NCBI RefSeq assembly: GCF_006345805.1
Contig: NC_043022.1
Coordinates: 558,001-622,000 of the forward strand
Direction: 5' to 3'
Source of the DNA: Octopus sinensis
Lineage: Eukaryota
Length of the DNA: 64,000 bases
A program made the position numbers and the translations under genes. Numbering within the stretch: position 1 is the first letter of the stretch; the number at the start of each line of letters is the position of its first letter. The notes under the pieces are model-generated. The model worked only from the letters and a program-made list of their open reading frames with translations, was not told the DNA's origin and did no database searches. Shown piece by piece: positions 61,386-64,000 of the stretch.

Positions 61386-61911
61386 TATACATACATACAT
61401 ACATATATATACATACATACATACATATACATACATACATACATATACATACATGTAAGTGTACAGTTGGCTATTTGTCGCGCACATATATCTATACACA
61501 AACATACTTCTGTGTTGTGTTAGTGTATATGTGTGTGTATGTATACATATGTATGTGTGTATAATATGCGTGTGTGTGTACATATATTCTTGTGTACTTT
61601 ATGGATGTATGGAGGAGAGATAGCTTTCGCCTTCTTTGATGAAATATATACACACACACACACACACACAGAGTATTTCTGATATAACCTTTCAATATAT
61701 TTGCCGTTATCGATATTTAATGTTCGATCTGCATTGCTATAGACTTCCATAACGGATTGCTTCCTCTTCTGCCTTGCACACACTCACACAAATATGTATA
61801 CTTCCTCACGTTTGTTTATGTATACATGTATATATATATATAAACAAATATATATAAACAAATATGTATATATGTATATAAATACGTATTATTCGTAATA
61901 TGTATAAATAG

Positions 61912-61945
<34 letters not shown>

Positions 61946-61983
61946 ATTATTGCTATATGTATACGTATGTATATGTATGTATG

Positions 61984-62017
<34 letters not shown>

Positions 62018-62200
62018 TACATACATATATATATACACATACATATATATATCTACATACATACATACATACATATATATATACATACATATATATATAT
62101 ACATATATATACATATATATATATACATATATATATAACATATATATAATACATATATATATATACATATATATATAATATACATACATATTATATATAC

Positions 62201-62250
<50 letters not shown>

Positions 62251-62950
62251 ATACATATATATACATATACATATATATATGTATGTATGTATATATATGT
62301 ATGTATCTATATATGTATACGTATATATATATGTATGTATATATATATGTGTGTGTCAGTGCACAAACTGTGTGTTTATTTCTATGCTATCAAATGTGTT
62401 CATTCGGTGTGGGTGTATATAGTTGTATATAGTGGCAGATACATTTCCCACCGTCATTAATGGAGATGATGACGGCTATAAAAACACAATTTATTATTGT
62501 TATTTTTTAAGTTAAATATATATCCTCATTAAAGCTAATTTATAATTATGGGCGATGTTTATTGTTGTTGGTTGTCGCCGTTGCGTTATTGTATATCGAT
62601 AGGTTTTCTTTTCTTTTCTTTTTTTCTTTCTTTATTTTTTACTTCGTCGTTTTCGAGTTCGAACCCGGTGGAAGGTAGTGAGACGTGAGTGAGAATCGGC
62701 AGCTTGTCTCATGTTCGGTCTTTTCACCTCGAGATAAATGTGTGTGTGTGTAGAGAGAGAGAGAGAGATAGATAGATAGATAGATATGTGTATATATGTG
62801 TGTGTGTATGTGTATGTACATATGTATGTATATATATATATGTTTATATATGTATGTGTGTGTATATATATGTTTATGTATATGTGTCAGCATGGCCGCA
62901 GCTCTGAGCTGAAACTAGAAAAAATAAAAGTTTATGTATATATATATATA

Positions 62951-62997
<47 letters not shown>

Positions 62998-63250
62998 GTG
63001 TATATATATATATATGTCTGTATATATATATGTGTGTGTGTGTATATATATTATATATATATATATGTGTGTGTGTATATATATATATATGTGTGTGTGT
63101 GTTTATATATATATGTGTGTGTTTATATATATATGTGTGTATATATATATGTATATATATGTGTTTATATATATGTATATATATGTGTGTGTGTGTGTAT
63201 ATGTATGTATATATATATGTATGTATGTGTGTGTGTATGTATGTTCCCTC
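59680..63250. repeat. TA/CA/TATG microsatellite-rich GRK intron 1 sequence
   Basis: Direct reading; explains the many YIYI/HTHT ORFs. Confidence 0.9.
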
Positions 63251-64000
63251 GGCTTCGCAGTGACCTGCTGTCCATGAAGCTAAGCTTTTTCTTACTCTAT
63301 GACCGGACATAGACTTAACTCCATATATACGTATGTGTCTCTCTCTCTCTCTATACATTGTTTTGCTCGCAGATTGTCATATTTTACCAACCAAATAAAT
63401 ACAAACACCATAATATTTGGTCTTCTTAGCTTTTTTGTTATTTTAGTTTTTTTACTCTTTCGTCTTTCGTCTACCACATGGTTCCGGGTTCAATCCCACC
63501 GCGTAGCACCTTCTATGTCTTCTACTATAGAATTAGGCATTGTCAGTGGATTTGGTCGACTGAAAGCGAAAGAAGCCCGTCGTGTATATATGTGTGTGTG
63601 TGTGTGCATCTCGTGATAACCGGTGTTGGTTTATTTACGCTCCCGTAAACTGAGCAGTTCGGCAAAACAGTTGATGGAGTCAGTATGACGCTTTAAAAAA
63701 AAACATAGTACCGTGTCGTTTTGTTTGATTAGAAATCTTCGAGGTGGTGCTCCAGTATGGCAGAGGTCGAATGACTGAAATAAATCGAAGTGAAAAATCT
63801 AATGATCATCAGTCACTGTGGTCATTAGTCTCATCGTTGTTTTATTCATTATTCTTCTGAAGAGAGACCGGGGGGGGCGGTTGGACATTTCATTCATTGC
63901 GTCTTGGTTATATAATAAACTCCTTCGATTTATTTGTGATGCGAAACAAATGATGAGGAACGGAGAGCTATGCTAGAAATAACAGTTAAACCTCCTTCGC

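Noticed and set aside
61600-61790. Non-repetitive island in GRK intron 1 as exon 2
   Set aside because: No frame resembles the expected GRK2 continuation (I/VRSVMQKYL...) and no convincing splice sites were seen.

Overview
AT-rich, microsatellite-dense eukaryotic genomic DNA. The SINE and Penelope repeat families look like those of Octopus; this is recalled from family sequences, not searched. Almost all ORF-track entries are frame-open simple repeats or degenerate transposon fragments. The only host coding sequence I can support is coding exon 1 of a GRK2/3 (beta-ARK-type) G-protein-coupled receptor kinase at 59459-59571 (+), followed by a GT-donor intron that runs off the window. The preceding ~57 kb holds several tRNA-derived SINE families, LINE fragments (RLE/R4-Dong-like, Tx1, CR1, RTE), Penelope-like (PLE) fragments, MITEs with TIRs/TSDs and simple repeats. 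The most notable signal is a set of short non-coding repeats carrying type I hammerhead ribozyme (HHR) motifs with self-complementary stem III. Three have fully canonical cores: 4755-4853 (+), 4241-4341 (-) and 45142-45249 (-). The first two lie in a 592-bp-monomer, partly tandem, partly inverted retrozyme-like insertion between (TA)n tracts. The third lies 3' of a PLE GIY-YIG fragment. About seven variant or decayed HHR-like cores occur in other repeat families. A 1.3-kb (GAT/GGT)n tract is an expansion inside a dispersed repeat whose unexpanded copy is also in the window.
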